Counted from the first letter of the stretch, positions 1-8,997 are shown. The stretch: DNA of 33,752 nt from an uncultured Gammaproteobacteria bacterium (GCA_964576065.1 CAZNTW010000003.1:1-33752), one strand, 5' to 3'. A program made the numbers and translations. Notes: generated by a model not told the origin, from the sequence alone.

Positions 1-80
1 TAATCAATTAATTAATAGCAACGCTGTTGCGTTAAATGTTGGAAACTAAGTAAATTAAATAATTAAATTGTGAAGAGTGA

Positions 81-118
81 TGGGGGGGCTAAATTTAGTT
101 CCCCTAAATCCTTTTTAC
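81..118 (+). terminator. possible intrinsic terminator of a gene lying upstream of the window
   Basis: Imperfect hairpin GGGGCT..AGttCCCC (about 85-104) followed by TAAATCCTTTTT. Confidence 0.3.
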
Positions 119-125
119 AAATAAA

Positions 126-830
126 ATGAATTTATTAAAACAGCTAAGAAAAGAATTAAATAAATTATCTGATCCGATTAGGGCGCAACATTCAAAAAGA
201 TATTTTAAAACTGGGCCAAGAGAATATGGAGAAGGGGATATTTTTTTGGGAATTAACATCCCAACACAAAGAAATATTGCCAAAAAATATTATAATTTGA
301 ATTTTTTTGAAATAAAAGATTTATTAAAAAGTAAAATCCACACAGAACGTTTTATTGCTTTATTGGTTTTAATGGATAGGTACGGAAAAACAAAAGTAGA
401 AGAAAAAACAAAAATTTTTAACTTTTATCTTAAAAGCATCAAAGGAGTAAACAATTGGGATTTAGTTGACATCTCGTCTCCCAAAATTATTGGAGATTAT
501 CTTTTTGATAAAAATAAAGATATTTTGTATCAATTGGCCAAATCAAAAAATCTCTGGAAAAGAAGAATTAGCATTATTTCCACTCAATTCTTTATAAAAA
601 ATAATCAATTTGCAGATACCTTAGAAATCGCGCTAATTCTCTTAAAAGACAAAGAGGACCTCATTCATAAGGCTGTTGGTTGGATGTTAAGGGAAGTTGG
701 CAAGAAAAATCAAACCATTGAAGAGAAATTTTTAAAAAAATACGCGCCAATAATGCCTAGAACAATGCTTCGTTACGCCATTGAAAAATTTACGCCAAGT
801 AAAAAGAATTTTTATTTGTCATTAAAGTAA
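126..830 (+). CDS. DNA alkylation repair protein (AlkD/AlkC-like HEAT-repeat family)
   Basis: 234-aa ORF. N-terminal LRKELNKLSDPIRAQHSKRYFKTG..GEGDIFLGI, plus NNWDLVD and KAVGWMLREVGK, match my recollection of the DNA alkylation repair enzyme family (PF08713-like). ATG start, TAA stop. Confidence 0.7.
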   Translation: MNLLKQLRKELNKLSDPIRAQHSKRYFKTGPREYGEGDIFLGINIPTQRNIAKKYYNLNFFEIKDLLKSKIHTERFIALLVLMDRYGKTKVEEKTKIFNFYLKSIKGVNNWDLVDISSPKIIGDYLFDKNKDILYQLAKSKNLWKRRISIISTQFFIKNNQFADTLEIALILLKDKEDLIHKAVGWMLREVGKKNQTIEEKFLKKYAPIMPRTMLRYAIEKFTPSKKNFYLSLK

Positions 831-896
831 AATTGCGACATTGTTTTTTAAATGTATTTTATTATAATAATCAAATAATCAATTAACCTTATTAAT

Positions 897-1169
897 ATGG
901 GCGATAGATTTTTTGAAAAAGATCACCAAAAAGAATGCGTAGAGAGATTAATAAAAAGCATAGAAGAGGGAGAAAAAGAAAAAATGGATGACTCTCTAAA
1001 AATAGAAAAAACTCCAGAAGAACAGATTAAAATTATAGATGATTTAACATTGGAGCTTGGCAGGATTGAAAATTTAAAAAAACAAGGAAAGTGGGAAGAG
1101 AGAAAGAGGGTCTTGCCGACAAAAAAAACACCTTGGCAAAAGGTCAAAGAAAGACTTTTTAAGGATTAA
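897..1169 (+). CDS. hypothetical charged (K/E-rich) small protein
   Basis: 90-aa ORF preceded by TTGTTT-16-TATAAT and followed directly by a strong terminator. No recognisable domain. Confidence 0.4.
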   Translation: MGDRFFEKDHQKECVERLIKSIEEGEKEKMDDSLKIEKTPEEQIKIIDDLTLELGRIENLKKQGKWEERKRVLPTKKTPWQKVKERLFKD

Positions 1170-1190
1170 AAATTATTTAAAAAATAAAAT

Positions 1191-1220
1191 AAAAAACAGC
1201 TTTAGGCTGTTTTTTATTTT
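1191..1220 (+). terminator. intrinsic terminator
   Basis: AAAAAACAGC-TTTAG-GCTGTTTTTT hairpin (1191-1200 pairs with 1206-1215) running into a T tract. Confidence 0.7.
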
Positions 1221-1261
1221 TAAAAAAGGTATAATAAAGGAGTTATAAAAAATCAAAAATT

Positions 1262-2329
1262 ATGTCTTTATCAATCGGTATTGTTGGTTTGCCCAATGTC
1301 GGCAAATCAACATTATTCCAAACTATAACAAAAAAACAAGTTGATTGCGCCAATTATCCGTTTTGTACCATTGATCCCAATGTCGGCGTGGTGGCCGTTC
1401 CAGATAACCGAGTGGACCAGTTAGTAAAATTAGAAAAATCAGCCAAGAAAATTTATACTACCATTGAATTTGTTGATATTGCCGGTCTGATTAAGGGGGC
1501 TAGTCAAGGCGAAGGATTAGGTAATCAATTTTTAGCTAACATTAGGGAAACCGATGCCTTGGTTTATGTTTTGCGTTTTTTTGCCAATGAAAACGTTATT
1601 AATACCCAAAAAGAAATAGACCCAATTAAAGAAAAAGAAATTCTTGATTTGGAATTGATTTTAAAAGATTTAGAAACTATCAATAAAAAATTGGAAAAAT
1701 TAAGCAAAGAAGCTAGAATGGGAGACAAGAAATCAATTAAAGAGCTTGAGGTTATCGGTAAAGCAAAAAACATTTTACAGCAAGAGAAAACTTTATTTTC
1801 GCAAATATGGAATCAAGAAGAAAAAAATATTCTTAAATCTTGCCAATTTTTGACCCTTAAGCCTTGTTTATATTTGTTAAACGGAGAGAAAAATGAAAAA
1901 AATAATTCTATTGTTGAAGGTTTTAAAAAAAATCATTGGCCATTTTTAGTTGTTGACATTTTGGCCGAATCAGAGGCGACCGATTTTTCTTCATTAGAAA
2001 GAGAATCTTTCGGTTTACCATCTGACTCGGAGGTAGACGTTTTAATAAAAAAAACTTACCAAATGCTTAATTTAATAACTTTTCTCACCACCGGACCAGA
2101 CGAAACTAGAGCTTGGACTTTAAAAAAGGGACAAAAAGCGCCTCAGGCTGGTGGAGTAATTCATACTGACTTTGAAAAATTTTTTATTAAAGCCGCAGTT
2201 ATAAATTGGCAAGAGCTGATTAAGGCCGGCGGATTTGTTGAGGCGCAGAAGAAAGGGTTAATTAGAACAGAGGGGAAAGATTATGTTATCCAAGACGGAG
2301 ACGTGATAGAAATAAAGAGTAACGCCTAA
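1262..2329 (+). CDS. ychF: ribosome-binding ATPase YchF (Obg-like GTPase family)
   Basis: 355 aa. P-loop GIVGLPNVGKSTLF, DIAGLIKGAS G3 region, and C-terminal TGPDETRAWT..G..AP.AGGVIHTDFEKFFI typical of the YchF TGS-like domain. Confidence 0.9.
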   Translation: MSLSIGIVGLPNVGKSTLFQTITKKQVDCANYPFCTIDPNVGVVAVPDNRVDQLVKLEKSAKKIYTTIEFVDIAGLIKGASQGEGLGNQFLANIRETDALVYVLRFFANENVINTQKEIDPIKEKEILDLELILKDLETINKKLEKLSKEARMGDKKSIKELEVIGKAKNILQQEKTLFSQIWNQEEKNILKSCQFLTLKPCLYLLNGEKNEKNNSIVEGFKKNHWPFLVVDILAESEATDFSSLERESFGLPSDSEVDVLIKKTYQMLNLITFLTTGPDETRAWTLKKGQKAPQAGGVIHTDFEKFFIKAAVINWQELIKAGGFVEAQKKGLIRTEGKDYVIQDGDVIEIKSNA

Positions 2330-2338
2330 CTGTTATTT

Positions 2339-3169
2339 ATGAGTAGTGATTTTACCGAAACGGTTAAAATTGCCTGGTTTGGTAAACATTTTGGAGAAGA
2401 ACCACCATTGACCGGCAATAAGAAGCAGGGTGCGGGAACAATCTTTTTTTCCGGTTGCAATTTGCACTGCGTTTTTTGCCAAAATTATCAGATATCGCAA
2501 CAAGGGATCGGTCGCAAATGCGATATTAAGGACTTGGCAAAAATAATGCTTAAGCTGCAGAAAAACGGAGCAATAAACATTGACCTTGTAACACCGACAA
2601 TTTGGTGGAGGCAAATTATAAAAGCCGTTATTTTTGCCAAAAAAATGGGGCTTTCTGTGCCGATAGTTTGGAATTCAAACGGTTATGAAAAATTATCAAT
2701 TATAAAATCAATGAAAGGATTAGTTGATATTTATTTACCTGACATTAAATACGGCGACAATAAAATTTCTTTAAAATATTCAGGGGTTAAAGATTATACT
2801 AAAGTCGCTTTAGCTTGTCTAAAGGAAATGAAATTTCAAGTCGGTTCTCTAAAAATTAAAAAGGGATTAGCGACAAACGGTTTGTTGACGCGTCATTTGG
2901 TTTTACCAAATAATTTAAAGAATAGTTTTTTGGTCTTAAAAATGATTTACAATTTGGATCCGTCAATAAATATCAGTTTAATGTCTCAATACGCGCCGAC
3001 AAACAAAGCCGATAATTTTCCGGAAATAAACACTCAGCTTAGTAAAACTGAATTTTCACAAGTGGTGGAACATTGTTTAAAATTAGGCTTTAAAAATGGT
3101 TGGTATCAAAAAACAAAAAGTCAAAAAATTTATATTCCAAATTTTAACAAAACAAGCCCGTTTAATTAA
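2339..3169 (+). CDS. radical SAM protein, PflX / pyruvate formate-lyase activase-like
   Basis: 276 aa with the CxxxCxxC cluster motif in FFSGCNLHCVFCQNYQIS. Starts 9 nt after the ychF stop. Confidence 0.75.
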   Translation: MSSDFTETVKIAWFGKHFGEEPPLTGNKKQGAGTIFFSGCNLHCVFCQNYQISQQGIGRKCDIKDLAKIMLKLQKNGAINIDLVTPTIWWRQIIKAVIFAKKMGLSVPIVWNSNGYEKLSIIKSMKGLVDIYLPDIKYGDNKISLKYSGVKDYTKVALACLKEMKFQVGSLKIKKGLATNGLLTRHLVLPNNLKNSFLVLKMIYNLDPSINISLMSQYAPTNKADNFPEINTQLSKTEFSQVVEHCLKLGFKNGWYQKTKSQKIYIPNFNKTSPFN

Positions 3170-3190
3170 GAAACGTTTTAATAACAAGAG

Positions 3191-3436
3191 ATGACAAAAA
3201 ATAAATTTTACATTTTACTTTTTATTATTTTGGGCGTTTTAACCAGTTTTCTTCTTTATGCCGCGTTGGAAATTTTATACATTAAATTGCTTATAAGCGA
3301 TTTTTCAAAATATAACTTTGGCCTTAGTTTAAATGAGTGGGGGATTATAAAATTTGTTGTTGCCACAATTTTTTTATTGATTGGCGGGTTGATCGGGAAA
3401 AAACAGGGTAAATTTTGGTGGGAAAAAACCTATTAA
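3191..3436 (+). CDS. small membrane protein (2 predicted TM helices), function unknown
   Basis: 81-aa ORF with two hydrophobic stretches (ILLFIILGVLTSFLLYAALEILYI and FVVATIFLLIGGLIG), immediately upstream of the kinase gene. Confidence 0.5.
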   Translation: MTKNKFYILLFIILGVLTSFLLYAALEILYIKLLISDFSKYNFGLSLNEWGIIKFVVATIFLLIGGLIGKKQGKFWWEKTY

Positions 3437-3473
3437 TTAAAAGAACAGCAAAAAATTTTTATAAAATAATATT

Positions 3474-5753
3474 ATGGCTTTTCTAAAAATAAAAAAAATA
3501 AGGATAAATTTGAATGTCAAACTTTTGACAATTTTTTTGGTTATTTCTCTTGTTCCTCTTATAACCGCTATTTATGTGAGTTTTGATAGTGCGCAAAAAA
3601 CATTGGAACAAGGCGCAATTTATCGTTTAAGTAAAATCAGCAATCAAAAAATAGAACAGATAAATTCTTATTTTTCTGAGATAAAAAAAGAAATCGCCAC
3701 CCTAAGCAGATGGCCGGGACTTCCTGATATTGTTGAAAATATAGATTATTCGCCGGAAAATATAAATAGCCGGACAGAACTTTTTCCAGACATCTCAACT
3801 ATAAAAAATTCTTCCGACTTCATTGATTTATTGTTAATCTCAAATGGCGGGAAGACTCTTTCTTTAACGGAAAGGAAAATTATAGCCACAGAAAACCAGA
3901 ACAATACATTAACCAATCTAATGGTTAATGTGACAACTTCCAGGAAAACAGAAATGTCAGTTTTTAAATATTTTCCAGATGAAAAACTTTTAATTTCTTT
4001 TATCGCTTCTCCCATCATAAAACAAGAAAAAATTATTGGTTTTCTCATTTTAAAAATAAACAATAAAGGAATTTATCCGTTTATTCAAGATTATTCTGAT
4101 TTAGGGAAAATGGGCGATAGTTTGGTTGTTTATAAATATGGCAATGAGGCTATTTTTGCCGCCCCCTTAAGGAGAAATATTAGAGCGGCTTTTCAACAAA
4201 ATGTTTCTCTGGAATCTTTAAAATTAAAAAATTTTTCGGACGCCTTGACGCAACAAAGCGGTTCGGGAATCATAAATGATTATGAAGGCGTAAAGGTTGT
4301 GGCTGTTTGGGAATATTTACCAACCTTTCAATGCAGTCTTATTATAAAAATGGATTATCAAGAAATTTTGTTTAGCGCTGGACAGCTTAAAAATATTTTA
4401 TTAAGCATTAGTTCCATTTTTTTGATTATTGTTGTCTTAATAATCATTGTAACCGCGAATTCAATTGTCAGGCCAATCAGGGACCTGAATTTAGCGGCAA
4501 TGGAAATTTCTAGAGGGAATCTTTCCAAAAGGGCGGAAATAAAATCAAATGACGAGATTGAGGATTTGGCTTATTCGTTTAATGAAATGACTGATAGATT
4601 GTTAGAAAAAAGCCAGGGACTTTCGATTAATTTGGAAAAATTAGAACAAGAAAAAGAAAAAATTGAAGCTATTCTTTATAGTATCGGCGATGGAGTTTTT
4701 GTGGTTAACGACAACAGGCAAGTCTCTCTTTTTAATAGAATAGCCGAAGAATTAACCGGCGTAATCAAAGAAGATGTTTTAAATAAAAAGTATGACGAAT
4801 TTTTTAAATTTGTTTATAATAAAGATAACAATGAAAGCGCGTCTAAATTTATTGAAATTTCAATTTTAGCCGGAGAAATAAAATCTACTGAAAATAATTG
4901 TATCTTGGTCAAAAAGAACGGAGACAAATTGCCGGTAGCGGGAATTTCCGCCCCCCTAAAGGGAGTAGATGGTCAAATTGTTGGAGCAGTAGTTGTTTTC
5001 CGCGACGTAACCAAAGAAAGGGAAATAGATCAAGCCAAAACAGAATTCGTTTCTCTTACTTCGCATCAGCTTAGAACGCCGATCTCAGCTATTAATTGGT
5101 ATGCCGAAATGCTTTTAAAGGAAGAAGTGGGAAAAATTAACTCTGAGCAAAAAAATTATTTACAATATATTTATGATTCCAACCATCGCATGATTGAGTT
5201 GGTTAACGCTCTTTTAAGCGTTTCAAGAATTGAGTTGGGAACTTTTGTGATTGAGCCGGAACCGATTAATTTAATTGATTTAATAGAGGATGTTTTAAAA
5301 GATTTTGTTTTACTAATAAAAGATGGCAAAATAAAAATAAACAAAAAGTATGACCTTGAGTCGCCGATAATTAATGCCGACCCCCGTCTTTTAAGAATTG
5401 TTTTGCAAAATTTAATTTCTAACGCCATTAAATATAATTCTGGAAAAAGAGAAATTAACATAGAGGCGAATAAAAATAAAGAATTTTTTTTAATAAAAGT
5501 GAGTGACACCGGTTACGGTATCCCCAAATATCAACAAACAAAAATATTCACTAAATTATTTAGGGCTGATAATATAAAAGTAAAAAATACCGACGGTAAT
5601 GGTTTAGGCCTTTATATTACCAAAGCGATTATTGAACAAGCCGGCGGAAAAATTTGGTTTGAATCAGAAGAGAATAAAGGTTCAAGCTTCTTTTTTACCA
5701 TACCATTGAGTGGGATGCGCAAGAAAAACGGCATAAGACCATTAATAGAGTAA
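3474..5753 (+). CDS. sensor histidine kinase (TM - extracytoplasmic sensor domain - TM - HAMP - PAS - HisKA - HATPase_c)
   Basis: 759 aa. Two TM segments flank a ~270-aa outside domain (Cache-like by inference). HAMP-like IVRPIRDLN..EIEDLAYSFNEMTDRL. PAS-like ILYSIGDGVFVVN. H-box FVSLTSHQLRTPISAI. N, G1 and G2 boxes QNLISNAIKYN, DTGYGIP, GNGLGLYI. Confidence 0.9.
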   Translation: MAFLKIKKIRINLNVKLLTIFLVISLVPLITAIYVSFDSAQKTLEQGAIYRLSKISNQKIEQINSYFSEIKKEIATLSRWPGLPDIVENIDYSPENINSRTELFPDISTIKNSSDFIDLLLISNGGKTLSLTERKIIATENQNNTLTNLMVNVTTSRKTEMSVFKYFPDEKLLISFIASPIIKQEKIIGFLILKINNKGIYPFIQDYSDLGKMGDSLVVYKYGNEAIFAAPLRRNIRAAFQQNVSLESLKLKNFSDALTQQSGSGIINDYEGVKVVAVWEYLPTFQCSLIIKMDYQEILFSAGQLKNILLSISSIFLIIVVLIIIVTANSIVRPIRDLNLAAMEISRGNLSKRAEIKSNDEIEDLAYSFNEMTDRLLEKSQGLSINLEKLEQEKEKIEAILYSIGDGVFVVNDNRQVSLFNRIAEELTGVIKEDVLNKKYDEFFKFVYNKDNNESASKFIEISILAGEIKSTENNCILVKKNGDKLPVAGISAPLKGVDGQIVGAVVVFRDVTKEREIDQAKTEFVSLTSHQLRTPISAINWYAEMLLKEEVGKINSEQKNYLQYIYDSNHRMIELVNALLSVSRIELGTFVIEPEPINLIDLIEDVLKDFVLLIKDGKIKINKKYDLESPIINADPRLLRIVLQNLISNAIKYNSGKREINIEANKNKEFFLIKVSDTGYGIPKYQQTKIFTKLFRADNIKVKNTDGNGLGLYITKAIIEQAGGKIWFESEENKGSSFFFTIPLSGMRKKNGIRPLIE

Positions 5754-5757
5754 ATAA

Positions 5758-5965
5758 TAAAGGGTATCAGACATTGGAGTAAGCCACGAACCCTTATTCT
5801 CATCCGCCAGTCCATTCAGGGCTCGAGGACCCTTTAGGCCTTCGCTTTGAGAGACTCAGTCTCGATGAGATCGAACGACTGGCGGAGGGGGATTAAACCC
5901 TTTGATATTTGCTCCGCCAACTGGCGGATCAGAAAAGCAATCCGCGCCAGCGAACTGTTTTTCTC
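5758..5965 (+). ncRNA. GC-rich structured intercistronic element (candidate attenuator, riboswitch or ncRNA of unknown class)
   Basis: Five copies of one word in alternating orientation: TCCGCCAGTC 5803-5812, GACTGGCGGA 5877-5886, TCCGCCA 5913-5919, CTGGCGGA 5921-5928, TCCGCGCCAG 5941-5950. Perfect 10-bp helix 5803-5812/5877-5886. Terminal hairpin 5921-5950 followed by the T-run 5958-5962. No ORF. Strand is assumed from the flanking operon. Confidence 0.45.
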
Positions 5966-6033
5966 TCACTCGCTTGATAATAAAATTTAAATTGAATTAT
6001 TCATTAATAAATTAACTCTAACTTTTAAAATTT

Positions 6034-6405
6034 ATGGCAAAGATACTTATTGTTGAAGACGAAACGCCATTGCGACAAGCTTTATATGACAAACTTAAAC
6101 GTGAAGGGTTTAATCCATTACAAGCTAAAAACGGAGAAGAGGGGCTGGATATGGCTTTAACAGAAAGACCCGATTTGATTTTAATTGACATTATAATGCC
6201 GGTGATGGATGGTATGACTGCTTTAAAATATTTGCGTAATGATGAATGGGGAAAAAAGGTGCCGGTGATAGTTCTAACCAATTTAAGCGATGCGAATAAT
6301 GTTTCCACAGCATTAGAGAATGGAGCTTATGATTTTTTAGTTAAAAGCGATTGGAGTTTGGCAGATTTAATCACCTTAATTAAGAAAAAGCTGGGAATCT
6401 CTTAA
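6034..6405 (+). CDS. stand-alone response regulator receiver (CheY-like)
   Basis: 123 aa. ILIVEDE acidic pocket, phospho-acceptor context LILIDIIMPVMDG, VIVLTNLSD, conserved Lys in FLVKS. No output domain. Confidence 0.9.
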   Translation: MAKILIVEDETPLRQALYDKLKREGFNPLQAKNGEEGLDMALTERPDLILIDIIMPVMDGMTALKYLRNDEWGKKVPVIVLTNLSDANNVSTALENGAYDFLVKSDWSLADLITLIKKKLGIS

Positions 6406-6409
6406 AATT

Positions 6410-8299
6410 ATGTTTAATTTTTTCAAAAAATCGGCTTTTGGGTTGGATATTTCAGATTATTCAGTAGAGGTTTTAGAATTAAAATCAAAAATAAGCGTAA
6501 AAAATTTCGCTCGGATGACGCTTAATCCCGGTTTTATTAAAGGCGGTTTAATCTTAAATAAAAAGGCGCTAACGCAATCTTTAAAAGAATTTTTAAAGAC
6601 GAGCGCGATAAAAACACAAAACGTTGTTTTATCTTTGCCAGAATCAAAAATATTTTTTGATTTTTTGGCGGTTCCTAGGGGGTTAAAAGGGAAAAAATTA
6701 AAAAGAACCATATTAGCTGAAGCTCAAAAAAATACACCGTTTAGGGTCGACAAAATATATTGGGATTATAAAAAGGTTAAAACTGTCGGACCAAAACAAT
6801 TTGTTATATTTATCGCTATTTTTAAAGAAATAGCCAATGATTATTCCCAACTATTAATTGAGGTTGGGCTTAAGCCGATTGTTCTTGAAACAGAAGCTAT
6901 GGCTCTAGGAAGAGCTATTTTAAAAAGCAAAAAAAAAGTTTGTTCAATGATTGTTGATATTGGCGCTAGAACAGCTAATATCAGTATTTTTAACGGATCG
7001 CAAAATATAGAATGGTTATCCAAACTTCCAATAGGTGGAAATTATTTTACGCAATTAATTTCTAATAATTTAAGTATTGACTTTGAAGAAGCTGATAAAA
7101 TTAAAAAAGAGAATGGCTTAACTGGTGATGTCGGGATAGCCACGATTATACAAAATGGATTAAAAGATATAATTCAAGAAGTAAAGAACGTAATTTGCAA
7201 TTACGAACGACCGATTGAAAATATATTTTTAACCGGCGGATCGGCGAAAATGGCCGGTATCGCGAATTATTTTTCAGAACAAATTAAAAAAGATGTAAAA
7301 ATCGGAAAGTCAACAATTCTTGAAAAAATAAAAAATGATTCTGTTTTTTACAACACAGTTATTGGTTTAGCTTTAAGGGGACTAAGCAACGACCCGAAAA
7401 GAGGAATAAATCTTTTACCTCCCAATAAATTTATTAAACAAATTGAAAAAGAATTTTCAATCAAACCAACCTTCAAAGTAAGATATATTTTTGTTTTTTT
7501 CTTTTTGATTTTTTGCGCTTGGTTTATTTCATTTGAAATCAGTAATCAAAAAGAAAATCTGCCGTTAAACAATCAACGGGTAGTTGGAACAGCGGAAGAG
7601 ATTGAAAGAAAAAATGAAATTATTGTCTCGACTGAGAATAGCGACGTGGCAATTATTAAGGAAAACGAAATCATAGAAGGAGGGTCGGTTTTACCAATTA
7701 ATAACAAAGAGACTCAGAGTCAATCAACCGAATTAGTAAGTAAAATAACCGCTAAAATAACCGTAAAAAATAATATTAGTCGTTTAAATGTAAGACAAAA
7801 ACCAACAACTGATTCTCAAATCGTTGCTAAAATTAACTCAGGAGAAGCCTATGATCTCATAGAACAACAAGATAATTGGTATAAAATACAAGTAAATGTT
7901 GATTTAAGCGGCTGGATTGCGTCAGATTACGCTATTTTAAATAAAGTAACAAATAATCAGCCGAGGGAAATTCCATTAAGTCAAAAGGAAACGCCAGTAA
8001 CAATTAATAACGAACAAATCGATATTCCTGTAGAAATAGTTAAATCAGTAGAAATAATTGAGCCGACAGAAGCAGTTGAAGACAAACAAGGTTCTTTTTT
8101 TATTGTTTTGTTGCAAAATAACCTTTGGTTAAACGTCAGAAAAGGTCCGGGGCTTAATTATCAAATTGTGAGCAAAATATATCCTGATCAAAAATATGAC
8201 TTTGTGGAAGAAAGAGACGGATGGTATGAAATAAAATTAGACAATCAAATTGGTTGGGTTTTCAGTCAATATGTTTCTTTAATTAACGAACAAGAATAG
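6410..8299 (+). CDS. pilM: PilM-like actin-fold ATPase fused to a PilN-like TM segment and two C-terminal SH3b domains
   Basis: 629 aa. PilM-type motifs FGLDISDYSVEVLEL, IVDIGARTANISIF, LPIGGNYFT..EEADKIK, IFLTGGSAKMAGI. Then GINLLPPNKF plus a TM helix (PilN N-terminus signature). Then two SH3_3-like repeats (RLNVRQKP..WYKIQV..GWIASDY and WLNVRKGPG..WYEIKL..GWVFSQY). Starts 4 nt after the receiver gene stop. Confidence 0.75.
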   Translation: MFNFFKKSAFGLDISDYSVEVLELKSKISVKNFARMTLNPGFIKGGLILNKKALTQSLKEFLKTSAIKTQNVVLSLPESKIFFDFLAVPRGLKGKKLKRTILAEAQKNTPFRVDKIYWDYKKVKTVGPKQFVIFIAIFKEIANDYSQLLIEVGLKPIVLETEAMALGRAILKSKKKVCSMIVDIGARTANISIFNGSQNIEWLSKLPIGGNYFTQLISNNLSIDFEEADKIKKENGLTGDVGIATIIQNGLKDIIQEVKNVICNYERPIENIFLTGGSAKMAGIANYFSEQIKKDVKIGKSTILEKIKNDSVFYNTVIGLALRGLSNDPKRGINLLPPNKFIKQIEKEFSIKPTFKVRYIFVFFFLIFCAWFISFEISNQKENLPLNNQRVVGTAEEIERKNEIIVSTENSDVAIIKENEIIEGGSVLPINNKETQSQSTELVSKITAKITVKNNISRLNVRQKPTTDSQIVAKINSGEAYDLIEQQDNWYKIQVNVDLSGWIASDYAILNKVTNNQPREIPLSQKETPVTINNEQIDIPVEIVKSVEIIEPTEAVEDKQGSFFIVLLQNNLWLNVRKGPGLNYQIVSKIYPDQKYDFVEERDGWYEIKLDNQIGWVFSQYVSLINEQE

Positions 8300-8313
8300 A
8301 CAGGAGTTAAATT

Positions 8314-8997
8314 ATGAAAAAATTATCAATTATTGTTCCGGTTTATAACGAAAAAAAAACAATAGAAGAATTGTTAAAAATGGTTAAGAAAGCAAAAATT
8401 GATGGTGTAGAAAAAGAAATTATTGTGATTGACGACGGCAGTTCTGATTCCACGTCAAGCGTTTTAACCAAACAAACCGAAATTAAAATTATTTATCAAT
8501 CAAAAAATCAAGGTAAGGGCGCGGCAATAAAAATCGGTCTGCAAAACTGTTCCGGCGATATTGTTATTGTTCAGGATGCTGATTTAGAATATGATCCCAA
8601 CGACATTAATCTTTGCGTCAAACCGATTTTAGACGGATTAGCCAAGGTGGTTTATGGTAGCCGCGAACTTCAAAAACGAAATAAAAAACACAGCTCGTAT
8701 TTATTTTTTTGCGGAGGGAAAATAGTTACCCTGATGACTAATTTACTTTATGGCTCGCACCTAACCGATGAACCGACCTGCTATAAATGTTTTAAAACTG
8801 ATTTAATCAAATCAATTAAAATAGATAATAATGATTTTGCTTGGGAACCTGAAATTACGGCTAAAATCTTAAAACAAGGGATAAAAATAAAAGAAGTCCC
8901 TGTTAAATATTTTCCCCGCCATCAGGGCAAAAAAATCACTTATTTGGATGGATTTAAGGCTTTATGGACTTTATTAAAATACAGATTTCACGATTAA
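8314..8997 (+). CDS. family 2 glycosyltransferase, polyprenyl-phosphate sugar synthase (Dpm1-like)
   Basis: 227 aa. LSIIVPVYNE, VIDDGSSD, VQDADLEYDP (DxD) and the short soluble architecture typical of Dpm1/GtrB-like GT2. AGGAG Shine-Dalgarno 8 nt upstream. Confidence 0.85.
   Translation: MKKLSIIVPVYNEKKTIEELLKMVKKAKIDGVEKEIIVIDDGSSDSTSSVLTKQTEIKIIYQSKNQGKGAAIKIGLQNCSGDIVIVQDADLEYDPNDINLCVKPILDGLAKVVYGSRELQKRNKKHSSYLFFCGGKIVTLMTNLLYGSHLTDEPTCYKCFKTDLIKSIKIDNNDFAWEPEITAKILKQGIKIKEVPVKYFPRHQGKKITYLDGFKALWTLLKYRFHD

Noticed and set aside
5758-5965. Identification of the GC-rich element as a known housekeeping RNA (tRNA, tmRNA, RNase P RNA, SRP RNA, 5S rRNA) or a TPP riboswitch
   Set aside because: The T-loop-like GGGTTCGTGG (minus strand, about 5784-5793) has no matching T-stem or cloverleaf. 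There is no CCA-proximal acceptor and no GGAUUCGAC-type tmRNA start. The RNase P P4 words, the SRP GGAA/AGCA loop and the 5S CCGAAC..GAAGUGAAAC are all absent. ACCCTTTGA and CCAGCG resemble parts of the THI box, but the obligatory CUGAGA between the GGGG and ACCC strands is missing.
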